Of a stretch of 64,000 nucleotides of DNA, positions 40,002 through 49,529 are shown piece after piece. Made by a program: the position numbers and the translations under genes. Below the pieces are notes generated by a model that saw only the letters and a program-made list of their open reading frames with translations, had not been told where the DNA came from and ran no database searches. Source of the DNA: an uncultured Thermoleophilia bacterium (GTDB lineage: Bacteria; Actinomycetota; Thermoleophilia; UBA2241); the NCBI GenBank assembly GCA_963705085.1, contig CAVPIV010000004.1, positions 1,043,379-1,107,378 on the forward strand, in the 5' to 3' direction. Within the stretch, counting starts at the first letter, position 1. Each line of letters opens with the position of its first letter.

Positions 40002-41336
40002 TCAGAGCAGGTGCACGATCTCCCAGCCGCCGGTCGGGTACGCCCAGATCAGTCCTCTGAGCTGGGCCGCGGTCAGGCCTCCGGCCATCGCCGCGGCGAA
40101 GACGTTGATCATCTCGTCGGCGTGCTCGCCGAGCAGATGCGCGCCGACGACCCTGTCGCTGCTCTCCTCGACGAGCACCTTGGCTCCCGCCGCGCGCGCC
40201 CCAACGCGACGGGCCGACGCCCACGGCGTCTGGTCGTGCAGGCGGACCGTGACGGTCCGCTCCTCTTCCCCAGCCCCCCGCTCGGTCAAGCCGATCGCCG
40301 CCAGCGGCGGATGAGAGAACACCACGCTGGGGATAGCGCCCGGATCGAAGACCGTGTCGCGGGAGCCGAGGATGTTGCCGGCGAGGACGTGGCCCTGGGA
40401 GACGCCGACGGGCGTGAGCGGAAGGCCGCGGGCGGCCGCGTCGCCCGCGGCCCAGACCCGCGGGTTCGTCGTGCTGCGCAGGCTACCGTCGACCTCGATG
40501 CCGAGGGGGCCGAAGCGCACGCCGGCCGCCGGCAGGTCGAGGGCGTCCAGGTCCGGGACGCGACCGGCGCCGTGCACGACCATGTCGGCGGGCAGACGCC
40601 TGCCGTCGGCGAGCATCACCGCCAGGGCGTCGCCGCTCCGCTCGACAGCGGCGACCGCCGCGCTCGTGAGCACCTCGATACCCCGGCTCGCGTATGCCGC
40701 CACGAGCAGCGCCACGAGGTCGGGGTCGAACCCGACGAGCGGCCGCGGGCCGCGGTTGCAGATCGTGACCGCGGCCCCAGCGGCGGACGCGATGTGCGCG
40801 AACTCGAAGCTGATGTATCCCCCGCCGATGAACACGATCCTGGCGCCGATCTGTTCGGCCGCCAGGAATCGCTCGCTCGTCACGACGAGCTCCTCGCCCG
40901 GGATGCCCAAGGGGACCGGCCGGGCGCCGGTGGCGATCACGATGTGCCCGGCCTCGTACGACTCACCGCCGATCGCCAGCGTGGCGGCGCCCACGAAGCG
41001 CGCCTCGCCGTGCAGGGCGACGGCGCCCACGTCCGTGAGCGACGCCTCGACGCCGGCCGGCGCCGGGTCTGTGAACGTACGTTTGAAGGCGAGCAACGCC
41101 GGCCAATCGAGGCGGAGGCTGCCCTCTATGCCGTTGCCGCGCTGGTCGGCGGCGCGTTCGACGACCTCAGCCGCCGAGTACAGCACCTTCTTGGCCTCGC
41201 AGCCCCGAAGCAGGCACGTGCCGCCAAACTCGCGCCGGTCGGCGACGGCCACCCGTAGCCCGCCCCGGGCGAGCCCGGCGGCGACGGTCTGCCCGGTCAC
41301 CCCAGTGCCGATCACGATCGCGTCGAAGGACGTCAC
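40002..41336 (-). CDS. Pyridine nucleotide-disulfide oxidoreductase (glutathione reductase-like)
   Basis: IGTGVTG, GGTCLLRGCEAKK redox-active disulfide, IGGGYI, WAAGD, C-terminal AYPT. Confidence 0.9.
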   Translation of the reverse strand: MTSFDAIVIGTGVTGQTVAAGLARGGLRVAVADRREFGGTCLLRGCEAKKVLYSAAEVVERAADQRGNGIEGSLRLDWPALLAFKRTFTDPAPAGVEASLTDVGAVALHGEARFVGAATLAIGGESYEAGHIVIATGARPVPLGIPGEELVVTSERFLAAEQIGARIVFIGGGYISFEFAHIASAAGAAVTICNRGPRPLVGFDPDLVALLVAAYASRGIEVLTSAAVAAVERSGDALAVMLADGRRLPADMVVHGAGRVPDLDALDLPAAGVRFGPLGIEVDGSLRSTTNPRVWAAGDAAARGLPLTPVGVSQGHVLAGNILGSRDTVFDPGAIPSVVFSHPPLAAIGLTERGAGEEERTVTVRLHDQTPWASARRVGARAAGAKVLVEESSDRVVGAHLLGEHADEMINVFAAAMAGGLTAAQLRGLIWAYPTGGWEIVHLL

Positions 41337-42139
41337 GCGACCCTCTGCAGGAAGGCGAGCACGTCGCGCCGGAAGCGCGCATCAACGACACCGTGGCCCT
41401 TGCCCTCGTACAAGAGCAGCTGAGCCCCGGGGATGCCCGCCGCGGTAGCCCGCACCAGCGGCTCTGGGTAGAAGCGGTCGGCGCCGCCGGCCACGACGAG
41501 CGTCGGCGCGGCGATCTCGGCCAGCCGGCCTCCGAAGTCGTGTGCATCCTCCGCCAGCGCCGTGATGACGAAGTCGGCGGGGTCGCGCGGGGCGCCCAGC
41601 GCCATGAGGCGCGACCCCGCCCAGACCAACGGCCCCGCCCACGGACCGGGCGGCACCATCAACCTCAACAGCTCGGCGGCGGCGGCCTGCCAGCGCCGTT
41701 CGTGGGCCGCCCTGGCGGCCCGCATCTGCGCGGCCCTGGCGTCGGCGCCGAGCTTGCAGGCGCTGGCGTGCAGGATGAGCGACCCGACGAGGTCTGGGTG
41801 ATCGGCGGCGAACTCCTGCGCGATCGCGCCGCCGGTCGACGTCCCGATCACGTCGACGGGGCCGCCGAACTCCTGCCGCATAGTCACGGCGTAGTCATCC
41901 GCCAGGTCCTTGATGGACGCACGCTTCGGCAGGTGCGGCCGCCGATTGACCACGTACACCGTGCACTCGCCGGCCAGGCCGGCATACGCCGACAGCATGA
42001 AGCGGGCGCTCAGACCCCTGAGCGGTGCGTTCTCGAGAAGGAGGCCCTGGAAGACGACGAGCACGCGCTCGCCGCCGCCGATGCGATTGTACGGCAGCCC
42101 GCTGCGGAAGTACCCGGCGCTCGTCTCGCGCTTCGGCGT
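41333..42139 (-). CDS. Alpha/beta hydrolase; best-placed start codon is ACG
   Basis: GTSTGG nucleophile elbow, GKGH. GGAGGT RBS lies 5 nt before the in-frame ACG at 42139; the first canonical start is GTG 42064. Confidence 0.8.
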   Translation of the reverse strand, partial: TPKRETSAGYFRSGLPYNRIGGGERVLVVFQGLLLENAPLRGLSARFMLSAYAGLAGECTVYVVNRRPHLPKRASIKDLADDYAVTMRQEFGGPVDVIGTSTGGAIAQEFAADHPDLVGSLILHASACKLGADARAAQMRAARAAHERRWQAAAAELLRLMVPPGPWAGPLVWAGSRLMALGAPRDPADFVITALAEDAHDFGGRLAEIAAPTLVVAGGADRFYPEPLVRATAAGIPGAQLLLYEGKGHGVVDARFRRDVLAFLQRVA

Positions 42140-42156
42140 CTCGCACCTCCCCGTCC

Positions 42157-42624
42157 TCAGTGCAGGGGCGCCGAGAGCAGCTCCACATCGGCGATCTGGA
42201 CTCGACCGGCGCCCTCGATCACCACGTTCAGCTTGATGAGGTCAGGTCGCTGCCCCTTCTTGAGCCAGAAGGGTACCTCACACGACGTCCATCCGGTAGT
42301 GCCGGTGAGCGCCTGGTGAAAGCCCCTGGAGAAGAACTCCCCCCTGCCGGGCAACCGGCACCACATCTCGAGGTAGGCCCGGCCGCGCAGGCCTTCGGCC
42401 CGCAGCCGTGCCCTGTACGTCAACAGGCAGTGCTCCAGGCCAGGTTCTTCGAGCTCGAAGAGGCGGACCGCCTGACCGCCCGGCAAGTCGATCCGCCAGG
42501 CGTCCCCGTCGACCGCCAGGCACGCTCGACTCAGCGTCGGGTCGCCGGTCCCGAAGCGGCGCACCAGCTCCGGCGCCCCCGCGGCCTCACGCCCGCCGAA
42601 CAGCGATCTCAGCACGGTAGTCAT
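42157..42624 (-). CDS. Hypothetical protein (beta-sandwich-like)
   Basis: GAGGAGG RBS; coding-like composition (YLEMWC...GEFFSRG...KLNVVIEG). Confidence 0.7.
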   Translation of the reverse strand: MTTVLRSLFGGREAAGAPELVRRFGTGDPTLSRACLAVDGDAWRIDLPGGQAVRLFELEEPGLEHCLLTYRARLRAEGLRGRAYLEMWCRLPGRGEFFSRGFHQALTGTTGWTSCEVPFWLKKGQRPDLIKLNVVIEGAGRVQIADVELLSAPLH

Positions 42625-42896
42625 GATCATCCCTCCTCGGGTGCACCCGGGCCGGCGCCCTCGGCCCTCTGCGTGGGGCAAGCACCGGGACTGCCGGCGT
42701 CGCAAGATTGCGGACGGCGGCGGCGGTGCCGAGGACACCTGAGTCATCGGCTACAGTGAGCACGAGGTTGACCGTTGACGAGGCAACGGCGGAGAGACCG
42801 ATCCGCTGCCCGCGCCAACTCCCAGGCCAAGGAGACCATGTGGGCGACGAGCCCGCGGCGCGAGCCGGGCAGGCCGCGCGACGGCCGAAACGCACC

Positions 42897-43367
42897 CTAC
42901 GACCGCAGCGTCGCGATCAGACGGCGCCGCTCACGCAGGAGGGCGAGCGCGTCCAGGACGCTGGCCGCGACGATGTCGGCGGCGGCCAGCGCCTCCGCCG
43001 CGGCCCCCTCGCTCTGGAGAAGGGCGATGCCCAGCCGCGCGGCCTTCAGCATCCCGGCGTCGTTGCGGCCGTTGCCAAGGGCGACAACACTCGCGGCTCC
43101 GAGCCTGGTGACGTACTCGAGCTTGGCCGCCGTCTGGTCCCCTGTCGGCAGAACGGTCAGCTCGACCGGCAAGCCCGTCAGTTCCGCAGCCGCCCGGCCG
43201 AAAGTGTCGGCGGTCACCACATGGAGGCGGACATCAAGCGCCAGCACGCGCAGAGCCTGGTCGACGCCGGGAAGGAGCAGGCCGTCGAAGGCGAGCGTCC
43301 CGTTGAAGTCACACACGACGTGCTCCAGGCGTAGCTCGCCGAACCCCGGGATCACCACCTCGATCAT
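42897..43367 (-). CDS. Soluble P-type ATPase-like HAD family phosphatase
   Basis: DFNGTLAFDG, TADTFG, LGNGRNDAGML. Confidence 0.88.
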   Translation of the reverse strand: MIEVVIPGFGELRLEHVVCDFNGTLAFDGLLLPGVDQALRVLALDVRLHVVTADTFGRAAAELTGLPVELTVLPTGDQTAAKLEYVTRLGAASVVALGNGRNDAGMLKAARLGIALLQSEGAAAEALAAADIVAASVLDALALLRERRRLIATLRS

Positions 43368-43506
43368 CGCCCCTCCTGCCCGCTGCTCCGCCCGCCTGGC
43401 CTTCGATGCCTACCGCAGGCGCGGTTCCCTGTCAACGACGCGTGGGAGCGGGCACCGCGCGGCCTGTTCGCGGCCCCGCTCACCTGCTCGCACGCCGCGA
43501 GTCCCA

Positions 43507-44349
43507 TCACGCCTCCTCCGCGCTGTTGCGCAACATGACGGCGCCGATCTCCTTGGCGAGCTTCGCCGCCACCATGGCCGTCATCCCGAAGTGATCGTGC
43601 CGAGGGTTGTACTCGACGACGTCGGCGCCGACCAGCGGCGTCCGCACGCGGTGCACGATCGAGAGGACGTCGCGCACGGAGAGCCCGCCCGGCTCGAAGT
43701 GCGAGACGCCGGGCGCGAAGGCCGGGTCGAGTGCGTCCAGGTCGAACGAAAGGTAGGCGGGCGCGGTCAGATCGGGATCGAAGGAGGCCACGTCGAACGA
43801 CCGCATCTCGTGGATCTCGACGCCGAAGCGCGCCGCCTGTCTGCGCTGCGGCGCATTGAGCGTGCGGATGCCGACCTGAACAAGACGGCGCGCCAAGCCC
43901 TCCTCCATGATGCGCGCGAACGGCGACGCGTGCGACAGCCGATTGCCGCCGTACTCGTCGTAGAGGTCTGGATGGGCGTCGAAGTGAAGAATGGTCAGCG
44001 GCCCGTGCTCGCGGGCGAGGCCGCGGACGGCTGGGTAGGTGATCGAGTGATCGCCGCCGAGGACGAGGGGCATACCGCCGGCGGCGGCTATCGCCGCGAC
44101 CCTCACCTCGATCGCCGCGTGACCTTCGACGCCCGGGCCGGGCGTCAGGTCGCCGAGGTCGGCGACGCGCGGGTCGTCGGCAAGGTTGATCCCCGTCTCT
44201 GCCGTGGGGTTCGAGGACTCGCCAAACAGGGCGGCGCGGATGAGCGGCGGCGCCTCGGCGGCGCCGCGCAGCATGCTCGAGTTGGCGTCGGAGCAGACGC
44301 CGAGCAGAACGAGGCTGCCGCGCAGGCCGGCCTCCGTCACCGAACTCAC
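43507..44349 (-). CDS. Ureohydrolase (agmatinase/arginase family)
   Basis: GGDHSITYP, FDAHPD, SHASPF, SFDLDALDPAFAPG. GTGA overlap with the upstream KamA-like gene. Confidence 0.93.
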   Translation of the reverse strand: MSSVTEAGLRGSLVLLGVCSDANSSMLRGAAEAPPLIRAALFGESSNPTAETGINLADDPRVADLGDLTPGPGVEGHAAIEVRVAAIAAAGGMPLVLGGDHSITYPAVRGLAREHGPLTILHFDAHPDLYDEYGGNRLSHASPFARIMEEGLARRLVQVGIRTLNAPQRRQAARFGVEIHEMRSFDVASFDPDLTAPAYLSFDLDALDPAFAPGVSHFEPGGLSVRDVLSIVHRVRTPLVGADVVEYNPRHDHFGMTAMVAAKLAKEIGAVMLRNSAEEA

Positions 44350-45491
44350 ACGCCCCCAGTGGCCGGGACGAGCTCGTCGAGCCAGAGAGCCGCGTCGTCG
44401 CGGCGGTAGACGAGGAAGCGGCCCTCGTCGGCTGGGTGCTTGGCGCGGTGGTAGCGGGCGTAGATCTGCCGGTCGTCGACGCCGACGATCTCTATCTTGC
44501 CGGATTCGTGCGACAGGCAGAGCCTGGCCCGCCGCGATAGCCCTGAGACACGCGTCCGGGCCTGTTCGACGATGTCGGCCACGCGCACGATCGGCAGGGC
44601 GAAGTGCGTCGTGCCGATCGTCGGCCGGCACTGGAAGATGTAGTACTGCGGGCAACCGGCGTCGGTGCAGCGCTGGAAGAGCTCTGCCAACACGTCGGAG
44701 TCGTCGTTGATGCCGGCCGACACCGGGCACTGGTTGAGGCAGGCGGCGCCGGCGGCGCGCAGCGCCGCCACGGCCGCCAAAGCCTGAGCAGTCAGCTCCC
44801 GAGGGTGGTCGAAGTGCGTCATCACGTACAGCGTGCGGCCGCTGCGCACGACGTCCCGGACGAGCGACGCAAGATCCGGGTCGTCGGTCACCCTGTACGG
44901 ATTGAAGGCGGGGATCTTGGAGCCGATGCGCAGCGTCCGGACGTGTGGCACTGTCAGGATCTGCGAGACGATCTCCCGTAGTCGGCTGGTCCCCAGCGAG
45001 AGGGGATCGCCGCCGGTGAGCAGTACATCGGTGATCTCGGGGTGGGCGGCGATGTAGGCGAGACCCTCTCGGCAGTCACGGAAGGTCTCGCGGCTTCCGG
45101 GCAGGAAGAGGCGCTTGCGAAAGCAGTAGCGGCAGAAGCCGGCGCACTGGTCCGTGACGAGAAGCAGGACGGTGTCGGGGTACTTGTGCTGCAGCCCCTG
45201 CAGCCGCGTGTTGGCGGCCTCGTTGGAGGCGTCGAGGGAGCCGTCTCCCGCCACCTCGTCCTCACTAGGCACGATCAGCTTGCGAATCGGGTCGCACGGG
45301 TCGTTCCAGTCGATGAGCGACGTGTAGTAGTCGTTTGCCCGGAAGGCGAACCGGTCGACGACCTCACGCGTGCGAGTGGCAACAGCATCGGCCGGAGGAA
45401 GCTCGGAGAGGTGCAGGTAGCACAGCGAGGGACGAGCGGACGGAGCTGCCGCATCGTTCGGGGGCTGAGGCACCGACTCGACTACAGGCAC
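44346..45491 (-). CDS. KamA-family radical SAM aminomutase-like protein
   Basis: GLQHKYP, CAGFCRYCFRKR, LLTGGDPL, THFDHPRELT, GINDD, SHESGKIEI. Start approximate. Confidence 0.88.
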   Translation of the reverse strand: MPVVESVPQPPNDAAAPSARPSLCYLHLSELPPADAVATRTREVVDRFAFRANDYYTSLIDWNDPCDPIRKLIVPSEDEVAGDGSLDASNEAANTRLQGLQHKYPDTVLLLVTDQCAGFCRYCFRKRLFLPGSRETFRDCREGLAYIAAHPEITDVLLTGGDPLSLGTSRLREIVSQILTVPHVRTLRIGSKIPAFNPYRVTDDPDLASLVRDVVRSGRTLYVMTHFDHPRELTAQALAAVAALRAAGAACLNQCPVSAGINDDSDVLAELFQRCTDAGCPQYYIFQCRPTIGTTHFALPIVRVADIVEQARTRVSGLSRRARLCLSHESGKIEIVGVDDRQIYARYHRAKHPADEGRFLVYRRDDAALWLDELVPATGGV

Positions 45492-45627
45492 AGGCACTCC
45501 GGTTCGCTCATGAGGGCGGGCGGCCGAGCCAGCGACCGCAGCCCTAGACCTCGTTCTGAATAGCGGCCCGACTACCCACCTGCCTCCAGGGCGCACGCCC
45601 CGGACCCATGCATCGCTGCTGTGCACG

Positions 45628-45655
45628 ATTGTACACGGCCGGCCTGCGACGACAA
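45628..45655 (-). promoter_or_regulatory. Putative sigma70 promoter for the KamA-like/ureohydrolase operon
   Basis: TTGTCG-N16-TACAAT on the minus strand. Confidence 0.55.
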
Positions 45656-45882
45656 GGGATCGGCGGACCACGGCGGCTCCAGGCTGAGGAGCATCATCCG
45701 CCCTGTGTCATGTCTCACTCTCAGGTTGACATCAAGGCTTCGCCTCGTCGGCTCCTCGCTGGGCAGCGAGGGGAGCAGACGGCTGCTGTCGGCGAACCTG
45801 ATCCTCGGCCCGATCTCGCTCGCGGGCGCAACCCCCTGCGGGACGCGGCCGCCCAGGGTGCAGCCGCCGGCCGCCGGCGCCC

Positions 45883-47037
45883 TCAGACTCCCGGCGCGAC
45901 GGGCAGGTGCGGATAGACCGGGTCGCGCCCCTGGAAGGCGAGAATGGCCGGGTTCTGAATCTCGCCCTCGTCGATCTCGATGGCCCGGCGCAGCGTCTCG
46001 TGCTCTGTCCAGCTGTCGCGACCGGCCACCATGGCCGGGAGATGCACCAGGAGGGCGGCCGAGATCGTCCGGGTCGCCGCCTCCCACAGATAGGTCGGGC
46101 TGTGGTCGACGCCGTAGTAGTCGACGGAGCCGACCTTCAACATCGGATCGTTGAAGCTCGTGGGCTTGGCGAAGGAGAATCCCATCCCCTCGTCGCAGCT
46201 CACGTCGACGATGAGGCAGCCCCGCTTGAGCCAGGGGATCTCACCCTCCTCGACGAACATCAGCGGCGCGTTCGGATCCTGGAGGGTGCCGTTGACCATG
46301 ATGTCGGTCTCACTCAGGAGATCGAGGAAGGAGCGCTCGGTACCGTCGTCCTCCACCACGATCATGCGGTCGTCACCCTCGCCTCCCGCATGCAGACGTA
46401 CGTAGTGACAGCCCAGGATCTCCTCACGGATATCGTGCTCCGGCCGGCGAATGCAGACCGTGATGTCGCGAAAGCCCAGCGCCTTGAGCGCGTAGATCGC
46501 GCCGCGACTCACGGAACCGAAGCTGAAGACGAGGCACTTGCGCTGGTTGCCGTAGTGCCCGTCGATGCCCCGCAGCTGCGAGGCGTGGAGCACAGAGCAG
46601 TAGCCGGCCATCTCGTTGTTCTTGTAGAAGGTGTGGCGACCCGCGTGGCCGCTGGGCGACCAGAAGTACATCTGCTCGAAGGCCAGCAAGGTCAGCCGGC
46701 GATCGACGGCTGCCTGAGTGACGTCGTAGTGTTGCACGCAGTGCGGCCAGCCCCAGAGAATGCCGCCTTCGCGGAGCTCCTCGAAGTCCTGCAGCAGGGG
46801 CTTGGCGAGCACGACCACGCCGAGATCGGTGAGCAGCTCGTGGCGGGAAGCGAGCCCGCCGCAGAGCGCGGCGAGCTCGTCGTCGGTCATGCCGTACGCG
46901 GCTGCGTAGCCCGTCTCGAAGATCAGTTGGCGTCGTACGCGCTCGGGCAGGCGCAGCAGGTGGTCGGGGTGGATCGGCATGCGCCGCTCGTTCTCCTTGC
47001 GGGAGCTGCCGACGACCCCCAGCTTCAGATCAGTCAT
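45883..47037 (-). CDS. N5-(carboxyethyl)ornithine synthase-like protein (AlaDH/PNT family)
   Basis: SRKENERRMPIHP, WGWPHCVQ, KNNEMAGYCSV, DVSCDEGMGF, VDHSP. Confidence 0.85.
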   Translation of the reverse strand: MTDLKLGVVGSSRKENERRMPIHPDHLLRLPERVRRQLIFETGYAAAYGMTDDELAALCGGLASRHELLTDLGVVVLAKPLLQDFEELREGGILWGWPHCVQHYDVTQAAVDRRLTLLAFEQMYFWSPSGHAGRHTFYKNNEMAGYCSVLHASQLRGIDGHYGNQRKCLVFSFGSVSRGAIYALKALGFRDITVCIRRPEHDIREEILGCHYVRLHAGGEGDDRMIVVEDDGTERSFLDLLSETDIMVNGTLQDPNAPLMFVEEGEIPWLKRGCLIVDVSCDEGMGFSFAKPTSFNDPMLKVGSVDYYGVDHSPTYLWEAATRTISAALLVHLPAMVAGRDSWTEHETLRRAIEIDEGEIQNPAILAFQGRDPVYPHLPVAPGV

Positions 47038-47130
47038 GGAGCCTCTCTTCCCTCGCCGCCCGAATCTGGTGACGGCCCCATGATACCCCGGGTCGACGTC
47101 CATCGAGGGTGCCGCGTCGCCGTTTGCGAA

Positions 47131-48210
47131 TCAGCCCTTGCCGGTCTCCTGATAGTACCGCCGAGCCTTCGCGACGCTCTTCCACCGCCGCTGCTCCTCC
47201 GCGCGCAGGCGCGCATCGGTCTTCATGGCGGCCACGCGAGCCTCGCGCACCAGCTTCTGATAACTCCCCAGGCGCTCCGCCGGCATCGTCCCAGCCTCAA
47301 CGGCAGCCGCGACGGCGCAGCCCGGCTCGCCGTCGTGCGCGCAGTCGCGGAAGCGGCAGCCGGCGGCCGCCGCTTCGACGTCGGCGAACACGGCGGCGAT
47401 GCCCTCCTCGCCGCCCGTCAGGCCGAGAGACCGCAGCCCGGGCGTGTCGACGATGAGACTCCCATTGGCCAGCCGGATGAGCTCCCGATCGACCGTCGTG
47501 TGGCGGCCACGACCGTCGGCGACGCGCACCTCGCGCGTCGCCTGCCGCTCTTCGCCGAGCAGCGCGTTGACAAGCGTCGACTTGCCGGCCCCGGACGGCC
47601 CGATCAGCGCCGCCGTGCGCCGCGGGCCTACGGCGGCGAGCAACGCTTCAAGGCCGGCGCCGGTCGGCGCGCTCGTCACCAGGACCTCGACGCCCAGCGC
47701 CACGGCCAGGACGTCGGCGAGGGTCTCCTCGGGCGCCACCGACAGGTCGGCCTTGGTGAGCACGACGACGGGGACGGCGTCCGACTCCCAGGCCAACGAG
47801 AGCTCGCGCTCGATCCGGCGCAGGTTCGGAGCCGCGGCGATCGAGTGCACGACGAAGACGACATCGACGTTGGCGGCCAGCACCTGTGGCCCGGAGTTCT
47901 CTCCCGGGTCGCCGCGCGCGATCGCGCCGGAGCGCTCGAGCACTGCCTCGACGAGCGGGACGTCGAGGTCGTCGCCGGCGAGCACGGCGACCCAGTCGCC
48001 GACGGCCGGCAGGCCCGCCTCGCCGGCCGACCTGAGGAGCGCGGCGGACGGCTTGGCCCGGCGCGGGCCGGCGGCGGTCGTGACGATCGAGCCGCCGCGG
48101 GCGGAGCGCACGACGCGGGCCGGCTCGAGCCCGCGCGCTTCGTAGGGGGCGAACAGCGCGCGCCAGTGATCGGAGTAGCCGAGATCCTCGAGAGCGGAGG
48201 GGTCAGTCAC
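47131..48210 (-). CDS. rsgA: Ribosome small subunit-dependent GTPase A family (RsgA-like)
   Basis: PAVGDWV, ANVD, LTKADL, GPSGAGKSTL, GRHTT, DTPGLR, CRFRDCAHDGEPGC. GTG start after GGAAGGA. Confidence 0.93.
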   Translation of the reverse strand: MTDPSALEDLGYSDHWRALFAPYEARGLEPARVVRSARGGSIVTTAAGPRRAKPSAALLRSAGEAGLPAVGDWVAVLAGDDLDVPLVEAVLERSGAIARGDPGENSGPQVLAANVDVVFVVHSIAAAPNLRRIERELSLAWESDAVPVVVLTKADLSVAPEETLADVLAVALGVEVLVTSAPTGAGLEALLAAVGPRRTAALIGPSGAGKSTLVNALLGEERQATREVRVADGRGRHTTVDRELIRLANGSLIVDTPGLRSLGLTGGEEGIAAVFADVEAAAAGCRFRDCAHDGEPGCAVAAAVEAGTMPAERLGSYQKLVREARVAAMKTDARLRAEEQRRWKSVAKARRYYQETGKG

Positions 48211-48245
48211 CGCGGGTCCTTCCGACGAGGCGCCCGCGAGCTGTG

Positions 48246-48364
48246 TCAGCCCAAGGGCACCGGAGTGAAGACGAACGAGAGATGGAACGCTGTGTACGCC
48301 CACGTGGGTGCACTCTCCATCTGCGTCGCCTCCCTTCCTCCGGGCAAGTTGGCTGATCGTACCA
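48246..48364 (-). promoter_or_regulatory. Extended -10 promoter and structured leader with a 24-aa uORF upstream of rsgA
   Basis: TGG-TACGAT (48364-48356); GGAGGAAGGGAGG RBS; uORF 48320-48246 MESAPTWAYTAFHLSFVFTPVPLG; long hairpin 48260-48343. Confidence 0.6.
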
Positions 48365-48517
48365 CGTCCGGCGGCGCCACAGCCCCTTGTGTTTCGTCCA
48401 CAGAGATCCGACAAACGCGGTGCCGCGCTCGAGCCGGCGCCCCAGAACAGGCTCCGCCTCGATCCCCTGCGGCGCGACGCCAGTCGTCTGGCAGCACTCA
48501 TGTCCGGTCATGGCCAC

Positions 48518-48841
48518 TCACGCCTCCCGGATCGGCACGTCCGGCGGAAGCTGGCGGCGTCTTAGGAAGCCGCGACGACTCCCTTGGGCGTCGCGCGACT
48601 CGTAGCGCAGCTTGATGTAGGGCCGCCGGCTGTCGCCTTCCCCGTACTCGGCGGTGAGCCGTCGCCGCTCGACCTCCGTCACCTCGCGGGCGCTGCCGTC
48701 GTCTTCGATGTAGACGTACGCGAATCCCTCCTCCTCCGGTCGCCGGGCCCGGGTCATGGCGGAGAGCCAGATGACGTAAGCGCCGACTACGACGACGGCC
48801 ACGCCCATGAGACCTGCCGCGATGATGAAGAGCTGCGTCAC
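48518..48841 (-). CDS. Hypothetical membrane-anchored protein
   Basis: N-terminal TM helix; YVYIEDDGSARE...RPYIK; sits 4 nt after the GNAT stop. Confidence 0.65.
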   Translation of the reverse strand: MTQLFIIAAGLMGVAVVVVGAYVIWLSAMTRARRPEEEGFAYVYIEDDGSAREVTEVERRRLTAEYGEGDSRRPYIKLRYESRDAQGSRRGFLRRRQLPPDVPIREA

Positions 48842-48845
48842 GTCG

Positions 48846-49349
48846 TCAGAGCGGCCGCTCCAGCCGCACCACCTCGGTCTCGACGCCCCCGACCACGATC
48901 GGGCGGCGCCGGGCCTCCTCCGTGAAGCCTTCGCGGCGCCAGAAGGAGAGGGACCGCTCGCGGGCGACGATGACGCCGGCGGCGAGTGAGCCGGCGCCGG
49001 CCTGAGCGGCGTCGGCGGCGATCGCCGCGACGATCGCCTTCCCCATTCCCCGCCCGCGCTGCTCCGCGTCGACGAGCACGATGCCGATCATCCACTGGTC
49101 GGGCGCGGCGAATCCCCGCAGGACTTCCGCGTAGCCGACCGGGCGCCCGTCGTCGTACGCCCGGTAGATGGTCTCGTCAGCGCGCGTGAAGCCGTCGGGG
49201 AGATCGTCGAGGTCGGCCCGGAAGGACGCAGGCGTCGGCGGCGGGTCGCCGACCTCCCGGAAGAAGTCAGAGGCCCGGGTGCGAACATCGTGGATCTCGG
49301 CGAGATCGGCCTCGCCGAGCGCCAGGACCTCCGTGCGGGTGACGCGCAC
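48846..49349 (-). CDS. GNAT family N-acetyltransferase (start approximate)
   Basis: VDAEQRGRGMG acetyl-CoA motif, FWRREGF. Confidence 0.8.
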   Translation of the reverse strand: MRVTRTEVLALGEADLAEIHDVRTRASDFFREVGDPPPTPASFRADLDDLPDGFTRADETIYRAYDDGRPVGYAEVLRGFAAPDQWMIGIVLVDAEQRGRGMGKAIVAAIAADAAQAGAGSLAAGVIVARERSLSFWRREGFTEEARRRPIVVGGVETEVVRLERPL

Positions 49350-49529
49350 GGCGGGACGCGGCGACGCGTCGTACGCCCCAATCTGACGGTCGCGGTCCAG
49401 CGGCACACTCCTCTTCCGGCTCGTGCCGCGGCCAAACCGCGGCACATCTCTCGAGCGAACGCTCCGCGATTCTCTCACGCGGAGCGCGTCCGGGTCGGCG
49501 GCCGTCACCACCGGGAGACCGCTGCGTGC

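Noticed and set aside
45525-45560. ykkC/guanidine-I riboswitch (TCTAGGGCTGCG resembles CTAGGGTTCCG) before the ureohydrolase operon
   Set aside because: Only a partial match; the other conserved ykkC segments were not found.
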